The translations under genes and the position numbers were made by a program. The notes beneath the pieces are model-generated. The model saw only the letters and a list, made by a program, of their open reading frames with translations, ran no database searches and was not told the DNA's origin. Of a stretch of 41,011 nt of DNA, positions 28,119-38,738 are shown piece after piece. The number at the start of each line of letters is the position of its first letter. The first letter of the stretch is position 1. Source of the DNA: a virus (lineage: Duplodnaviria > Heunggongvirae > Uroviricota > Caudoviricetes); IMG/VR virus record IMGVR_UViG_2563366930_000002, positions 1 to 41,011 of that record, one strand, 5' to 3'.

Positions 28119-28474
28119 TGGCCCGTATCGGGGGAACCTGTTATTTCAAAATTGACGGTCAGCAGCTATCGCTGACCGGCGGCATTGAGGTGCCCATGAA
28201 CAGGACGGTCAATGATGACATCATCGGCCTGGACGGTTCAGTGGACCGCAAGGAAACTCACCGTGCGCCTTATGTTAAAGGGACCTTCAAGGTGCCGAAG
28301 AATTTTCCGGTGAGCAAAATCACCTCGTCTGATGAGATGACCATCACTGCCGAGCTGGCGAACGGTCAGGTCTATGTACTGTCGTCTGCCTGGCTGCACG
28401 GCGAAGCGAACCATAATGCCGAAGAAGGCACGGTTGACCTTGAGTTCCACGGTGAAGAAGGGGATTACCAGTGA
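28118..28474 (+). CDS. Tail tube protein
   Basis: 118 aa ORF directly after the sheath. Confidence 0.8.
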   Translation: MARIGGTCYFKIDGQQLSLTGGIEVPMNRTVNDDIIGLDGSVDRKETHRAPYVKGTFKVPKNFPVSKITSSDEMTITAELANGQVYVLSSAWLHGEANHNAEEGTVDLEFHGEEGDYQ

Positions 28475-28794
28475 TTGAGCTTGTACTTAAAAAACCGATC
28501 ATCGCCCACAAAGAAACACTGCATGTGCTGGAAATACGTGAGCCTACGTATGACGAGATTGAGGCGCTGGGGTTCCCATTCTCTGTTTCGCCTGATGGTG
28601 GTATGAAAATGGACAGTCAGGTGGCGCTGAAATATATCCCGCTTCTGGCCGGGATTCCGCGCTCGTCTGCAGCGCAGATGACGAAGCTGGATATTTTCAA
28701 GGCAGGCATGATTGTAATGCGTTTTTTTACCGGCTTGGGGACGGAAGAGACCTCAGGAAGCGATTCTACAATGTCGCGTGGTTCTGGAAATTAA
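28471..28794 (+). CDS. Tail assembly chaperone; a -1 frameshift at T_TTT_TTT (28722-28728) would extend it to 28886
   Basis: Sits between tube and tape measure; slippery heptamer in frame; the -1 frame stays open for 52 codons and ends overlapping the tape-measure start. Confidence 0.75.
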   Translation: MIELVLKKPIIAHKETLHVLEIREPTYDEIEALGFPFSVSPDGGMKMDSQVALKYIPLLAGIPRSSAAQMTKLDIFKAGMIVMRFFTGLGTEETSGSDSTMSRGSGN

Positions 28795-28878
28795 ACCCCC
28801 TTGAACTTCGCCGGACGGCTATTTCCCACTTTGCTGATCTGGAGGCAGAGGCCGTCCGTATAAATGAGGAGATGAAGC

Positions 28879-30786
28879 ATGGCTGATAATTTTCAGCTGA
28901 AAGCCATCATCACCGCCGTTGACAGGCTATCCGGCCCGCTTAAAGGTATGCAGCGTCAGCTTAAGGGATTTCAGAAAGAAGTCTCCAGCCTTGCTCTGGG
29001 CGCTGCCGGGGCGGGTACTGCAATAATGGGGGCACTGGCACTCCCTGTAAAATCAGCCATCACCCTTGAATCGAAGATGGCTGATGTCCGCAAAGTGGTG
29101 GACGGTCTGGATACGCCGGATGCATTTAAGGCCATGACGGAGCAGGTACGCGCTTTGTCTACAGAGCTTCCCATGTCTGCAGACGGGATCGCGGAAATTG
29201 TGGCGGCTGGCGGTCAGGCCGGGATTGCACGTGATGAACTGATGCAGTTTGCCACTGATGCGGTGAAGATGGGCGTGGCCTTTGATACAACGGCTGAAGA
29301 GTCCGGGCAGATGATGGCCCAGTGGCGTACTGCGTTTAATATGACGCAGGATGAAGTGGCCGGGCTGGCTGACAAAATCAACTACCTTGGTAATACCGGC
29401 CCGGCGAATGCGAAGAAAATCTCCGATATTGTTACGCGTATTGGTCCTTTAGGTGGTGTTGCAGGTGTGGCTTCCGGCGAAATTGCGGCAATGGGGGCAA
29501 CCATTGCCGGGATGGGCGTGGAGTCAGAAATTGCCGCCACAGGGATCAAGAACTTCATGCTTTCCCTGACCGCGGGAAATTCTGCGACAAAATCGCAGAA
29601 ACAGGCATTGCGTTTTCTGCGGATCAATCCGAAGAAATTAGCTGCTGATATGCAGAAAGATGCCCGGGGCACCATGCTGTCTGTACTGGATGCGATGGCT
29701 AAAGTGCCTAAAGAAAAACAGGCCGCTGTGCTGAATGCCCTGTTCGGGAAAGAGTCTCTGGGCGCGATAGCACCTCTGCTGACTAACCTTGATTTGTTGC
29801 GTACCAACTTCAGGCGGGTTGCAGATTCCCAGCAGTATGGCAGTTCGATGCAGAAGGAATATGCTTCGAGGGCAGCGACGACGGAAAACCAGCTTTTACT
29901 TCTGCAAAATCAACTTGATGCCATTTCTTCCACGCTGGGGGAAACGTTTCTTCCTGAGGTTAATGATGGTCTTGAAGCGGTAAAACCGCTCCTTGAGGAA
30001 GTGAGAACGTTTGTCCGTGAAAACCCGGAGCTCGTTAAGACCATTGCTAAAATCGGTCTGGCCTTACTGACGGTGGGAGCCGCTGCAGGCTCTTTGTCCA
30101 GAATTATGAAAGTTCTCGGCGGTGTGATGAATATGACGCCAGCTAAGGGGCTGATTGCTCTTCTGGTTGGTGGCGCTTACCTCATTATTGATAACTGGGA
30201 AACCGTAGGCCCTGTCATAAAAAAAGTCTGGCACGTGGTGGATGAAACGGCGCAGGCGATGGGGGGATGGGAAACTGTTCTGAAAGCGATTGCCCTGTTT
30301 ATGGCAACCAAATGGGTTGCTGACGTTACCAAATCCATTACCGCAGTGACCAGAGAGATGCGTACGCTGGGGAAGGTATCGGCAGAAACGGGATTGATGG
30401 GGAAAGGCCGCGACTTTATCGGGAAGGCCGGGGTATATGGTTTTCTGGGAACCCTGATGTATGAGCCGGTTAAAGATACTCTGGAAAGTGTTGTTCCTGA
30501 AGATACGGTTAACTGGCTGGATAATAAAGGGCTGTTTCTGGCTTCAGACTGGACGCCTTTTTTTGATCGTAAAGAGTACGAGCAGTATCAGGCCAACCTG
30601 AGCCAGTACAAACCCAATGTTCCGCTGTTGAATCCATCTTCTTCCATGACACAGCACAGCGAACTGAAAGTCACGTTCGAGAATGCTCCGCCAGGTATGA
30701 AGATAATTGATGTACCGGGCAAAGCCGATCCCCTGATGAAAATCACGCACGATGTGGGGTATTCCCCTTTTCGTTTTCCACGATAA
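28879..30786 (+). CDS. Tail tape measure protein
   Basis: 635 aa, Ala/Gly-rich with hydrophobic segments; follows the chaperone. Confidence 0.9.
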   Translation: MADNFQLKAIITAVDRLSGPLKGMQRQLKGFQKEVSSLALGAAGAGTAIMGALALPVKSAITLESKMADVRKVVDGLDTPDAFKAMTEQVRALSTELPMSADGIAEIVAAGGQAGIARDELMQFATDAVKMGVAFDTTAEESGQMMAQWRTAFNMTQDEVAGLADKINYLGNTGPANAKKISDIVTRIGPLGGVAGVASGEIAAMGATIAGMGVESEIAATGIKNFMLSLTAGNSATKSQKQALRFLRINPKKLAADMQKDARGTMLSVLDAMAKVPKEKQAAVLNALFGKESLGAIAPLLTNLDLLRTNFRRVADSQQYGSSMQKEYASRAATTENQLLLLQNQLDAISSTLGETFLPEVNDGLEAVKPLLEEVRTFVRENPELVKTIAKIGLALLTVGAAAGSLSRIMKVLGGVMNMTPAKGLIALLVGGAYLIIDNWETVGPVIKKVWHVVDETAQAMGGWETVLKAIALFMATKWVADVTKSITAVTREMRTLGKVSAETGLMGKGRDFIGKAGVYGFLGTLMYEPVKDTLESVVPEDTVNWLDNKGLFLASDWTPFFDRKEYEQYQANLSQYKPNVPLLNPSSSMTQHSELKVTFENAPPGMKIIDVPGKADPLMKITHDVGYSPFRFPR

Positions 30787-30810
30787 CGCAGTCCTTTTTG
30801 AGGTCAGTCT

Positions 30811-32187
30811 ATGGATTTATCCTCATTTCCCACCCGACCTTCATTACTTTCGTCGTCTTCAGGCTGGCGTGACAGACTTCAGGACGCGTCATTTCGCGGC
30901 GTGCCGTTTAAGGTTGAAGAAGAAAGTGCGGGAACCGGTCGCCGTGTGGAAACACATGAATACCCGAACCGCGACAAACCCTATACCGAAGACCTGGGGA
31001 AAATCACTTTTCGCCCGTCCATCACGGCTTATGTGGTGGGAGATGACTGCTTTGACCAGCGCGATCGCCTGATTGACGCGCTGAATAAACCCGGTCCCGG
31101 CACGCTTGTCCACCCGACATATGGTGAGCTGAAAGTCTGTGTTGACGGGGAAGTTCGGGTCAGCACATCGAAAAGTGAAGGGCGTATTGTCCGCTTTGAC
31201 CTGAAGTTTGTCGAAGCAGGAGAACTCTCTTACCCCACATCAGGTGCGGCGACGGCGCAGACGCTGATGTCATCCTGTTCTGCACTGGATGACTGCATCA
31301 GTGACAGCTTCAGCGGTTTCAGTATCGATGGTGTGGCGGATTTTGTGCAGAACGACGTCGTCGGTAATGCCAGCACAATGCTTGGGTATGTTTCTGATGC
31401 GATGAAAGTGGTGGATTCTGCCGTATCGGATGCTGCCAGGCTGTTGCAGGGGGATATCTCGGTACTTCTGCCGCCACCATCGTCAGGCAAAAATTTCGTT
31501 GAGCAGGTGCAGAAAATGTGGCGTACCGGGAAACGCCTTTATGGTAACGCCAGCGACCTGGTCACCATGATCAAAACGCTTTCCGGTGTCAGCCTCGGCA
31601 GCGATCTGCAACCGCGCGGCGTCTGGAAAACGGACAGTAAAACCACCGCCACGGCGACGCAGCAGCGTAACGTGGTTGCCAGCACCCTTCGTACGACCGC
31701 AATCAGCGAAGCGGCGTATGCCGTCACCCGATTGCCTGCGCCAACAACTTCCGCGGTGATGCAGAATGCCGCAGTGGGGCAGTCAACAACACCTGCGCAG
31801 AGCACTGGCTGGCCTTCCGTCACGCATCCGGCACTGAACAATGCACCGGCGGTGAAAAACACGGTTGAGCTGCCAACGTGGGAAGAACTGACTGACATTC
31901 GCGACACACTGAATACGGCAATTGATAAGGAGTTGTCCCGTACAACCAGTGATGCGCTGTTTCTGGCACTGCGCCGGGTGAAAGCAGATCTGAATGCGGA
32001 TATCAACACGCGCCTTGAACAGTCTGCACGGATCATTCAGCGCACACCGGATGAGGTTTTACCCGCGCTGGTGCTGGCGGCGACCTGGTTTGATAACGCG
32101 GCGCGTGATGCGGACATTATCCGGCGTAATGCCATTACGCATCCCGGCTTTGTGCCGGTGATCCCTCTGAAGGTGCCAGTGCAATGA
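30811..32187 (+). CDS. DNA circularisation protein (Mu gpN-like)
   Basis: 458 aa ORF in the Mu-like order after the tape measure. Confidence 0.75.
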   Translation: MDLSSFPTRPSLLSSSSGWRDRLQDASFRGVPFKVEEESAGTGRRVETHEYPNRDKPYTEDLGKITFRPSITAYVVGDDCFDQRDRLIDALNKPGPGTLVHPTYGELKVCVDGEVRVSTSKSEGRIVRFDLKFVEAGELSYPTSGAATAQTLMSSCSALDDCISDSFSGFSIDGVADFVQNDVVGNASTMLGYVSDAMKVVDSAVSDAARLLQGDISVLLPPPSSGKNFVEQVQKMWRTGKRLYGNASDLVTMIKTLSGVSLGSDLQPRGVWKTDSKTTATATQQRNVVASTLRTTAISEAAYAVTRLPAPTTSAVMQNAAVGQSTTPAQSTGWPSVTHPALNNAPAVKNTVELPTWEELTDIRDTLNTAIDKELSRTTSDALFLALRRVKADLNADINTRLEQSARIIQRTPDEVLPALVLAATWFDNAARDADIIRRNAITHPGFVPVIPLKVPVQ

Positions 32188-33263
32188 ACGACAATGTCAC
32201 GCTACGGGTAAATGGCCGGGAGTGGAATGGCTGGACATCGGTGCGCATCGGTGCCGGTATTGAACGGCTGGCGCGGGATTTCAGTGTGGAGATCACCCGC
32301 CAGTGGCCGGGTGATGAGGGTATCACCACGCTTCAGCCGCGCATTAAAAACGGTTCAAAAGTGGAGGTGCTGATTGGTGATGAGCTGGTGATCACCGGCT
32401 GGGTGGAGGCGACGCCCGTTCGCTACGATGCCCGTTCGGTCAGCACCGGTATTGCCGGACGCAGTCTGACCGCTGACCTGATTGATTGTGCAGCCGAACC
32501 GACACAGTTTAACGGACGATCACTGGTACAGATTGCGCAGGCGCTTGCTGCGCCCTTCGGCATTGAGGTGGTGAACAGCGGTGCGCCGTCGGGTGTTATT
32601 CCTGATGTCCAGCCTGATCACGGTGAAACGGTGATCGAGGTGATTAACAAAATACTCGGTCAGCAGCAGGCGCTGGCTTATGACGACCCGCACGGCAGGC
32701 TGGTGATTGGCGGTATTGGCTCAACGCGGGCACATACCGCGCTGGTACTCGGGGAAAACATCCTTTCCTGCGATACGGAGAAGAGTATCCGGGAGCGGTT
32801 TTCTGTTTACCAGGTGGCGGGGCAGCGTGCCGGAAACGACGATGATTTCGGTGAGGCCACCACAACTGCGCTGCGGGCCCGCACAGAGGACGCATTTATT
32901 GCCCGTTACCGTCCGATGTATATCAGGCAGACAGGGCAGGCTACGGGGGCAGGCTGTATTGCCCGTGCTGACTTTGAAGCCCGACAACGGGCGGCGCGGA
33001 CGGATGAAACCACCTATGTGGTGCAGGGCTGGCGACAGGGTAACGGTACGCTGTGGCAGCCCAACCAGCGGGTGATTGTCTTCGATCCGGTCTGTGGTTT
33101 CGACAATACCGAACTGCTTGTCTCGGAAGTCACGTTTACTCAGGACCAGAACGGCACCCTGACGGAAATCCGTGTCGGCCCACCTGATGCTTATCTGCCT
33201 GAACCCGAAGCCCCCGGCGCGCGGAAAAAGAAAAAAGCCAGAGTACAGGAGGACCCGTTCTGA
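32184..33263 (+). CDS. Baseplate hub protein (Mu gpP-like)
   Basis: 359 aa, translationally coupled, conserved position. Confidence 0.8.
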   Translation: MNDNVTLRVNGREWNGWTSVRIGAGIERLARDFSVEITRQWPGDEGITTLQPRIKNGSKVEVLIGDELVITGWVEATPVRYDARSVSTGIAGRSLTADLIDCAAEPTQFNGRSLVQIAQALAAPFGIEVVNSGAPSGVIPDVQPDHGETVIEVINKILGQQQALAYDDPHGRLVIGGIGSTRAHTALVLGENILSCDTEKSIRERFSVYQVAGQRAGNDDDFGEATTTALRARTEDAFIARYRPMYIRQTGQATGAGCIARADFEARQRAARTDETTYVVQGWRQGNGTLWQPNQRVIVFDPVCGFDNTELLVSEVTFTQDQNGTLTEIRVGPPDAYLPEPEAPGARKKKKARVQEDPF

Positions 33264-33811
33264 TGAGGACGATTGAAGCCATGCAGCGACAACTCCTCGG
33301 CCTGATTGGGCGGGCAGTGGTGAAAAGCATCAGTGCCGCCACGAAATGTCAGACCGTGGATGTGTCCCTGATTGCCGGTGAACCCAAAGCCGGGATTGAA
33401 CATCTTGAACCCTACGGTTTTACCGCAAGGGCAAACAGCGGTGCGGAAGCGGTGGTGTTGTTTCCGGATGGCGACCGTTCTCATGCGGTGGTTGTTACGG
33501 TGTCGGACCGGCGCTACCGCCTGAAAGGGCTGCAGACGGGTGAGGTGGCTGTCTATGACGATCAGGGGCAGTCTGTGACGCTGACCCGGGAGGGGATCGT
33601 GGTGGACGGTGCAGGTAAAACGATCACGTTTCGCAATGCGCCTAAGGCACGTTTTGAAATGGACCTGGAAGTGACAGGACAGGTGAAAGACCTGTGCGAC
33701 TCCGGCGGCACCACCATGTCAGCGATGCGGCTTGCCTATAACGGGCATCGTCACAGAGAGAACGGTCAGGGCAGTAACACCGACAAACCTGATAAAGCGA
33801 TGGAGGCATGA
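33263..33811 (+). CDS. Baseplate assembly protein V / spike (Mu gp45-like)
   Basis: 182 aa in conserved position. Confidence 0.8.
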   Translation: MRTIEAMQRQLLGLIGRAVVKSISAATKCQTVDVSLIAGEPKAGIEHLEPYGFTARANSGAEAVVLFPDGDRSHAVVVTVSDRRYRLKGLQTGEVAVYDDQGQSVTLTREGIVVDGAGKTITFRNAPKARFEMDLEVTGQVKDLCDSGGTTMSAMRLAYNGHRHRENGQGSNTDKPDKAMEA

Positions 33812-34236
33812 TGGAACTGTGGCTGACGGTGAACGGTAAACGCACCTGCGCCAGCGCACCGCTGGATCCGCTGACCCGCGCCGTGGTGATTTCCCTGTTT
33901 ACCTGGCGGCGGGCGGAGCCTGATGACAACGCCGACGTCCCGATGGGATGGTGGGGGGATACCTGGCCTGCGGTACAGAATGACCGTTACGGCTCCCGAC
34001 TGTGGCTGCTTCAGCGCAGCAAACTGACCAATCAGCTGGTGCAGACGGTAAGGGGATATATCCGCGAATGCCTGCAATGGATGATTGATGACGGCGTGGT
34101 GTCCCGTATTGATCTGGATATCCGCCGCACCGGGATTAATGAGCTGGGTAACAGTATCACCCTCTGGCGTCGTGATGGACCAGTAATGATTTCTTTTGAT
34201 GATCTGTGGAGTGCGATAACGCATGGCGGACAGTGA
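33808..34236 (+). CDS. Baseplate protein (Mu gp46 / GPW-like)
   Basis: 142 aa, translationally coupled. Confidence 0.75.
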   Translation: MMELWLTVNGKRTCASAPLDPLTRAVVISLFTWRRAEPDDNADVPMGWWGDTWPAVQNDRYGSRLWLLQRSKLTNQLVQTVRGYIRECLQWMIDDGVVSRIDLDIRRTGINELGNSITLWRRDGPVMISFDDLWSAITHGGQ

Positions 34237-35281
34237 ATTTCAGCGCCCGACGCTGGCAGAAAATATCAGTATGCTCCGTAACGATTTATTCGCCAGGCTG
34301 GACGTCAGCGACACGCTCCGGCGCATGGATGAAGACGTGCGGGCAAAGGTGTATGCGGCGGCGCTGCATACGGTTTACGGTTACATCGATTATCTGGCAA
34401 TGAACATGCTGCCTGACCTGTGCGATGAGTCCTGGCTGGCGCGACATGCTGCGATGAAACGGTGTCCGCGCAAGGGGGCCACGGCTGCCAGCGGGTATAT
34501 GCGCTGGGAAGGTGTCAGCGATGGCCTGAAGGTGACCGCCGGGAGTGTTATTCAGCGCGATGACCTGGTGCAGTACACGGCAACTGCCGATGCAACCAGC
34601 ACCGGTGGTGTCCTGCGCGTGCCGATCGCCTGCTCAAGTACAGGCGCGGTCGGTAATGCTGACGACGGTACGTCATTAATCCTGGTCACGCCGGTGAATG
34701 GTCTGCCGTCTTCTGGCGAGGCAGATACCCTGACAGGTGGATTTGATACTGAAGAGCTGGAAACGTGGCGCGCCCGCGTCATTGAGCGGTATTACTGGAC
34801 GCCTCAGGGCGGGGCTGACGGGGACTATGTCGTCTGGGCTAAAGAAGTGCCCGGCATTACCCGCGCATGGACATACCGACACTGGATGGGAACGGGGACT
34901 GTCGGTGTGATGATTGCCGGCAGTGACCTGATTAATCCCATTCCGGAAGAATCAACGGAAACGGCGGCAAGACAACATATCGGGCCACTGGCCCCGGTGG
35001 CAGGCTCTGATTTGTATGTATTCAGGCCGGTGGCGCATAAAGTGGATTTTCATATCCGTGTGACGCCGGACACACCGGAAATACGGGCTGCCATCACCGC
35101 CGAGTTGCGTTCGTTCCTGCTGCGTGATGGTTATCCGCAGGGAGAACTGAAGGTGTCACGTATCAGTGAAGCGATTTCCGGTGCGAACGGGGAATACAGC
35201 CATCAGTTGCTTGCACCGGCGGACAATATCTCCATTGCAAAAAATGAACTGGCGGTACTGGGGACGATTTCATGGACGTGA
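34223..35281 (+). CDS. Baseplate J-like protein (Mu gp47)
   Basis: 352 aa in conserved position. Confidence 0.85.
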   Translation: MADSEFQRPTLAENISMLRNDLFARLDVSDTLRRMDEDVRAKVYAAALHTVYGYIDYLAMNMLPDLCDESWLARHAAMKRCPRKGATAASGYMRWEGVSDGLKVTAGSVIQRDDLVQYTATADATSTGGVLRVPIACSSTGAVGNADDGTSLILVTPVNGLPSSGEADTLTGGFDTEELETWRARVIERYYWTPQGGADGDYVVWAKEVPGITRAWTYRHWMGTGTVGVMIAGSDLINPIPEESTETAARQHIGPLAPVAGSDLYVFRPVAHKVDFHIRVTPDTPEIRAAITAELRSFLLRDGYPQGELKVSRISEAISGANGEYSHQLLAPADNISIAKNELAVLGTISWT

Positions 35282-35856
35282 CAAACGATGATTACATCCG
35301 TCTGTTGTCGGCACTGTTGCCACCCGGTCCGGCGTGGTCAGCCAGAGATCCGGCGATTGCCGGTGCGGCACCGTCATTAACCCGCGTTCATCAGCGTGCG
35401 GATGCCCTGATGCGGGAGCTGGATCCGCGCACCACCACTGAACTGATAAACCGCTGGGAGCGTCTGTGCGGTCTGCCGGATGAATGTATTCCCGCAGGGA
35501 CACAGACCCTTCGCCAGCGTCAGCAACGACTGGATGCGAAGGTTAACCTGGCGGGCGGCATCAATGAGGATTTTTACCTTGCACAGCTTGCTGCCCTGGG
35601 CAGACCAGACGCTACCATCACGCGATACGACAAAAGCACGTTCACCTGCTCATCTGCCTGTACTGACGCGGTGAATGTGCCGGAATGGCGGTATTACTGG
35701 CAGGTCAACATGCCAGTCGCCACCAACACCACCTGGATGACATGTGGCGATCCCTGTGATTCCGCGCTGCGCTTCTGGGGGGACACCGTTGTCGAGTGTG
35801 TGCTTAACAAACTCTGCCCGTCGCATACCTATGTGATTTTTAAATATCCGGAGTAA
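35272..35856 (+). CDS. Tail protein, DUF2313 family (Mu gp48 / e14 YmfQ-like)
   Basis: 194 aa immediately before the tail fibre gene. Confidence 0.8.
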   Translation: MDVTNDDYIRLLSALLPPGPAWSARDPAIAGAAPSLTRVHQRADALMRELDPRTTTELINRWERLCGLPDECIPAGTQTLRQRQQRLDAKVNLAGGINEDFYLAQLAALGRPDATITRYDKSTFTCSSACTDAVNVPEWRYYWQVNMPVATNTTWMTCGDPCDSALRFWGDTVVECVLNKLCPSHTYVIFKYPE

Positions 35857-35859
35857 TCC

Positions 35860-36510
35860 ATGCATCGTATAGACACGAAAACCGCGCAGAAGGATAAGTT
35901 CGGCGCGGGTAAGAACGGTTTTACCCGTGGTAACCCCCAGACTGGCACGCCTGCCACCGATCTGGATGATGACTACTTTGACATGTTGCAGGAGGAGCTT
36001 TGCAGCGTGGTGGAGGCATCCGGTGCCAGCCTGGAGAAGGGGCGGCACGATCAGTTGCTTACCGCACTTCGCGCGCTGCTGTTAAGCCGCAAGAATCCGT
36101 TTGGCGATATCAAATCGGATGGCACGGTGAAAACGGCTCTCGAAAACCTTGGTTTGGGAGAAGCAGCTAAAAGGAATGTAGGTACAGGGGCGAATCAGAT
36201 ACCTGATATGAGCCTGTTCGCGTCAATTAATACCGTAACGGCTGCTGCGCAAAAATTTCCGTCTGGATTAATTTTACAGTGCGGTCAGTTGAATGGTGCC
36301 CCGAATGTATCTTCAACATACGGGATGAGGTTCCCGATGACGTTCTCAAGAGTAATTGCTGTCGTAGTTACATTGAACGTTACTGGCGCGGCTGGGCAGC
36401 CGACTGTATCGGCGACAAGTGTCCAGAACACTGGATTTAATATTACTGTGTCGCCCGGTTCAGGATACGGTTCATCTGCTGATGCGTATTACATTGCAAT
36501 GGGATATTAA
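35860..36510 (+). CDS. Tail fibre protein (short, e14 StfP-like)
   Basis: N-terminus [47 protein letters not shown] is a conserved tail-fibre N-domain; C-terminus variable. Confidence 0.8.
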   Translation: MHRIDTKTAQKDKFGAGKNGFTRGNPQTGTPATDLDDDYFDMLQEELCSVVEASGASLEKGRHDQLLTALRALLLSRKNPFGDIKSDGTVKTALENLGLGEAAKRNVGTGANQIPDMSLFASINTVTAAAQKFPSGLILQCGQLNGAPNVSSTYGMRFPMTFSRVIAVVVTLNVTGAAGQPTVSATSVQNTGFNITVSPGSGYGSSADAYYIAMGY

Positions 36511-36514
36511 CAAA

Positions 36515-36916
36515 ATGTCATATTTTTATTCTGCATCGACAAACGGATTTTATTCGACTGAATTTCACGGCACCAATATTCCTGATGATGCAGTGGAAAT
36601 CTCGGAATCAGAGTGGAAAACACTGATTAATGCACAGAGTGTAACAAAAATGATTACCTGTGGTGAGAACGGTCATCCTGTCATTGTTGACCGTCCTTCT
36701 CCAACACCAGAACAATTAGCCTTAATAAATGATGAAAAGAAATCTGCACTGATAGCAGAGGCAACGAATGTAATAGCTCCGCTTCAGGATGCGGTTGATT
36801 TAGGTATGGCAACAGATGATGAAACGAAACTGTTACTGGCATGGAAAAAATATCGGGTGCTGCTTATGCGTGTTAATGTAGTAAAACCCGAGTGGCCTAT
36901 GCATCCAAATAAATAG
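36515..36916 (+). CDS. Tail fibre assembly protein (Tfa)
   Basis: MSYFYSASTNGFY... typical Tfa N-terminus; starts 5 nt after the fibre stop. Confidence 0.8.
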   Translation: MSYFYSASTNGFYSTEFHGTNIPDDAVEISESEWKTLINAQSVTKMITCGENGHPVIVDRPSPTPEQLALINDEKKSALIAEATNVIAPLQDAVDLGMATDDETKLLLAWKKYRVLLMRVNVVKPEWPMHPNK

Positions 36917-37659
36917 ACTTGTTAATCTAGGGTAATTGTTGGAATAATACTCATTTTTCAGTAGGTTCAGGTAGCCTGGGTATAATGCTCACTTCTACAA
37001 TGATTTCAACTTATTTTATTTAATTGATATTACGAAACTTAACTCATACATAAACAATATGACTCAATACTGTCCTAAATAGCTGCGCAGAAAAGTGCTC
37101 CACTTTCGCTCAGCCCTTGCTGGGCGAAGCATCAGGAAGGCGTTCTCAGCTAGGTTGTGTTATATCTGGCTTGAGTTTTGTTGCCCATACGCAACACATT
37201 ACCCATCTGTAAACGACAAGTGTGACAGAATTAGGTGCAGCTATTTAGACTATATCGACGCAGTAACGATAATAGATATCGAAACTGTACTAGATATTAG
37301 CTACTTATGGTTACCGGGGGGAGTCTTTTGAGCACTGGTGTTATCAATCGGCTTCAAATAATTCACCAATAAATTATATTGCGATAGCTCATCACCTTCC
37401 AGGTTGTTTATAGCCAGTTTATCAGCGTCACCACCTACTGTTTATGCTTTTATTTCTTTGATTAATAAGTATATGATATTTTAATTCATCTGGTGTATTT
37501 CTTTCTCATGTGTTGGTCGACTGAATATCTGTTCAGTGAAGGGGTAATTTTATGTTTGCACTTCGAACATTCCCTTCAGTTGCTAGGAAAGAAAACCGTA
37601 ACATTTGCGCATTAATTTTAACAGTATAATCTGAGCATAAATATGCGCTATATATCTAT

Positions 37660-37687
37660 AAAAAGGCGCAATTAATTGCGCCTTTTT
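37660..37687. terminator. Bidirectional hairpin terminator
   Basis: Perfect palindrome AAAAAGGCGCAATTAATTGCGCCTTTTT adjacent to the acyltransferase stop. Confidence 0.6.
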
Positions 37688-37688
37688 A

Positions 37689-38738
37689 TCATTTTATCAA
37701 AAATGGCCCACCGACTGTCCTCGATAGCCAATGGCCAATTTTATCTGATACATATACACAAATACAGGTATATATGATTGCGCAGATAGGATTTGGAATG
37801 GTCACGCTGAAGCCTATGATTGCTAAAGCCATAGGGATAAATAATTTGGTGATATACTCCATTCCACATATGTTAAGAGTATTTCTTCCAGCTCTTACAA
37901 TAAAGTCATTCCCACAAATTATTTTTGCTATAAAGATATTAAATATTATCAAGCCTACCGTGGTGATAATAGTATTAATAGCTTGAATATAACTACTTGA
38001 TATTATGTCTGCATTGAATATTGAGATAATCTTAAAAAGCAAAGGTTTCTGGTTAAGGAGTTGATACGCACTCATTATCGCGGTAATTGAGAAGACAATG
38101 AAACCAATTTTAGATTTTCCAAAAAACCTGTCACGTGTTAATTCTAAAAACATACATCTACCGAGAGGCAATAACCACCAGTATGCCATAGCGGAGTCTA
38201 TGTTCCAAAACCATTGAGGATCTAGTAATGGGTTATGATTGAGCACTGTTTGTGACAACATGAACGATAATAGTGATATGATTAAAATCACTATATTGTT
38301 CTTGACTATTTCTTTAAAGATTGCATCAATTGCTATTATAACAAAAAGGCAGTTTATAAACCATATTGTTCCTACAAATTGGTTGTTTCTAACACCATAT
38401 ATTATATCATAAATGTGGCTATATATATAATCAATCGTCTCACCTGAGTTAATTGTGTTTATTATTAATATAGTAAATGCAAAAGTGAAATATGGAATCA
38501 TTAATCTGTAAAACTTTGACTTGATATAATCGAAAATAGATAAGTCATTTTTTTTGATAGTAAAAAAACCAGCAGCGAAAAAGAATAGTGGGACGTGATA
38601 ACTAAAAACAAAAGGATACAATTTGCCAGCCCCCAAACCAAGGTGACCTAAATATATAGCAAAAATACCGAGAAATTTTAAAGCATCAACCCAATCATGC
38701 CTTGTTTTTCTGTTGTTGTCGATTTTGTTATTATACAT
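37689..38738 (-). CDS. Integral-membrane acyltransferase (acyltransferase family 3, OafA/Oac-like O-antigen acetylase)
   Basis: 349 aa with about 10 hydrophobic segments; N-terminal motif RHDWVDALKFLGIFAIYLGH; about 28% GC. Confidence 0.85.
   Translation of the reverse strand: MYNNKIDNNRKTRHDWVDALKFLGIFAIYLGHLGLGAGKLYPFVFSYHVPLFFFAAGFFTIKKNDLSIFDYIKSKFYRLMIPYFTFAFTILIINTINSGETIDYIYSHIYDIIYGVRNNQFVGTIWFINCLFVIIAIDAIFKEIVKNNIVILIISLLSFMLSQTVLNHNPLLDPQWFWNIDSAMAYWWLLPLGRCMFLELTRDRFFGKSKIGFIVFSITAIMSAYQLLNQKPLLFKIISIFNADIISSSYIQAINTIITTVGLIIFNIFIAKIICGNDFIVRAGRNTLNICGMEYITKLFIPMALAIIGFSVTIPNPICAIIYTCICVYVSDKIGHWLSRTVGGPFLIK

Noticed and set aside
37095-37331. 78 aa plus-strand ORF in the non-coding stretch after the tail fibre assembly gene
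   Set aside because: Cys-rich, no ribosome-binding site, in an AT-rich intergenic region.
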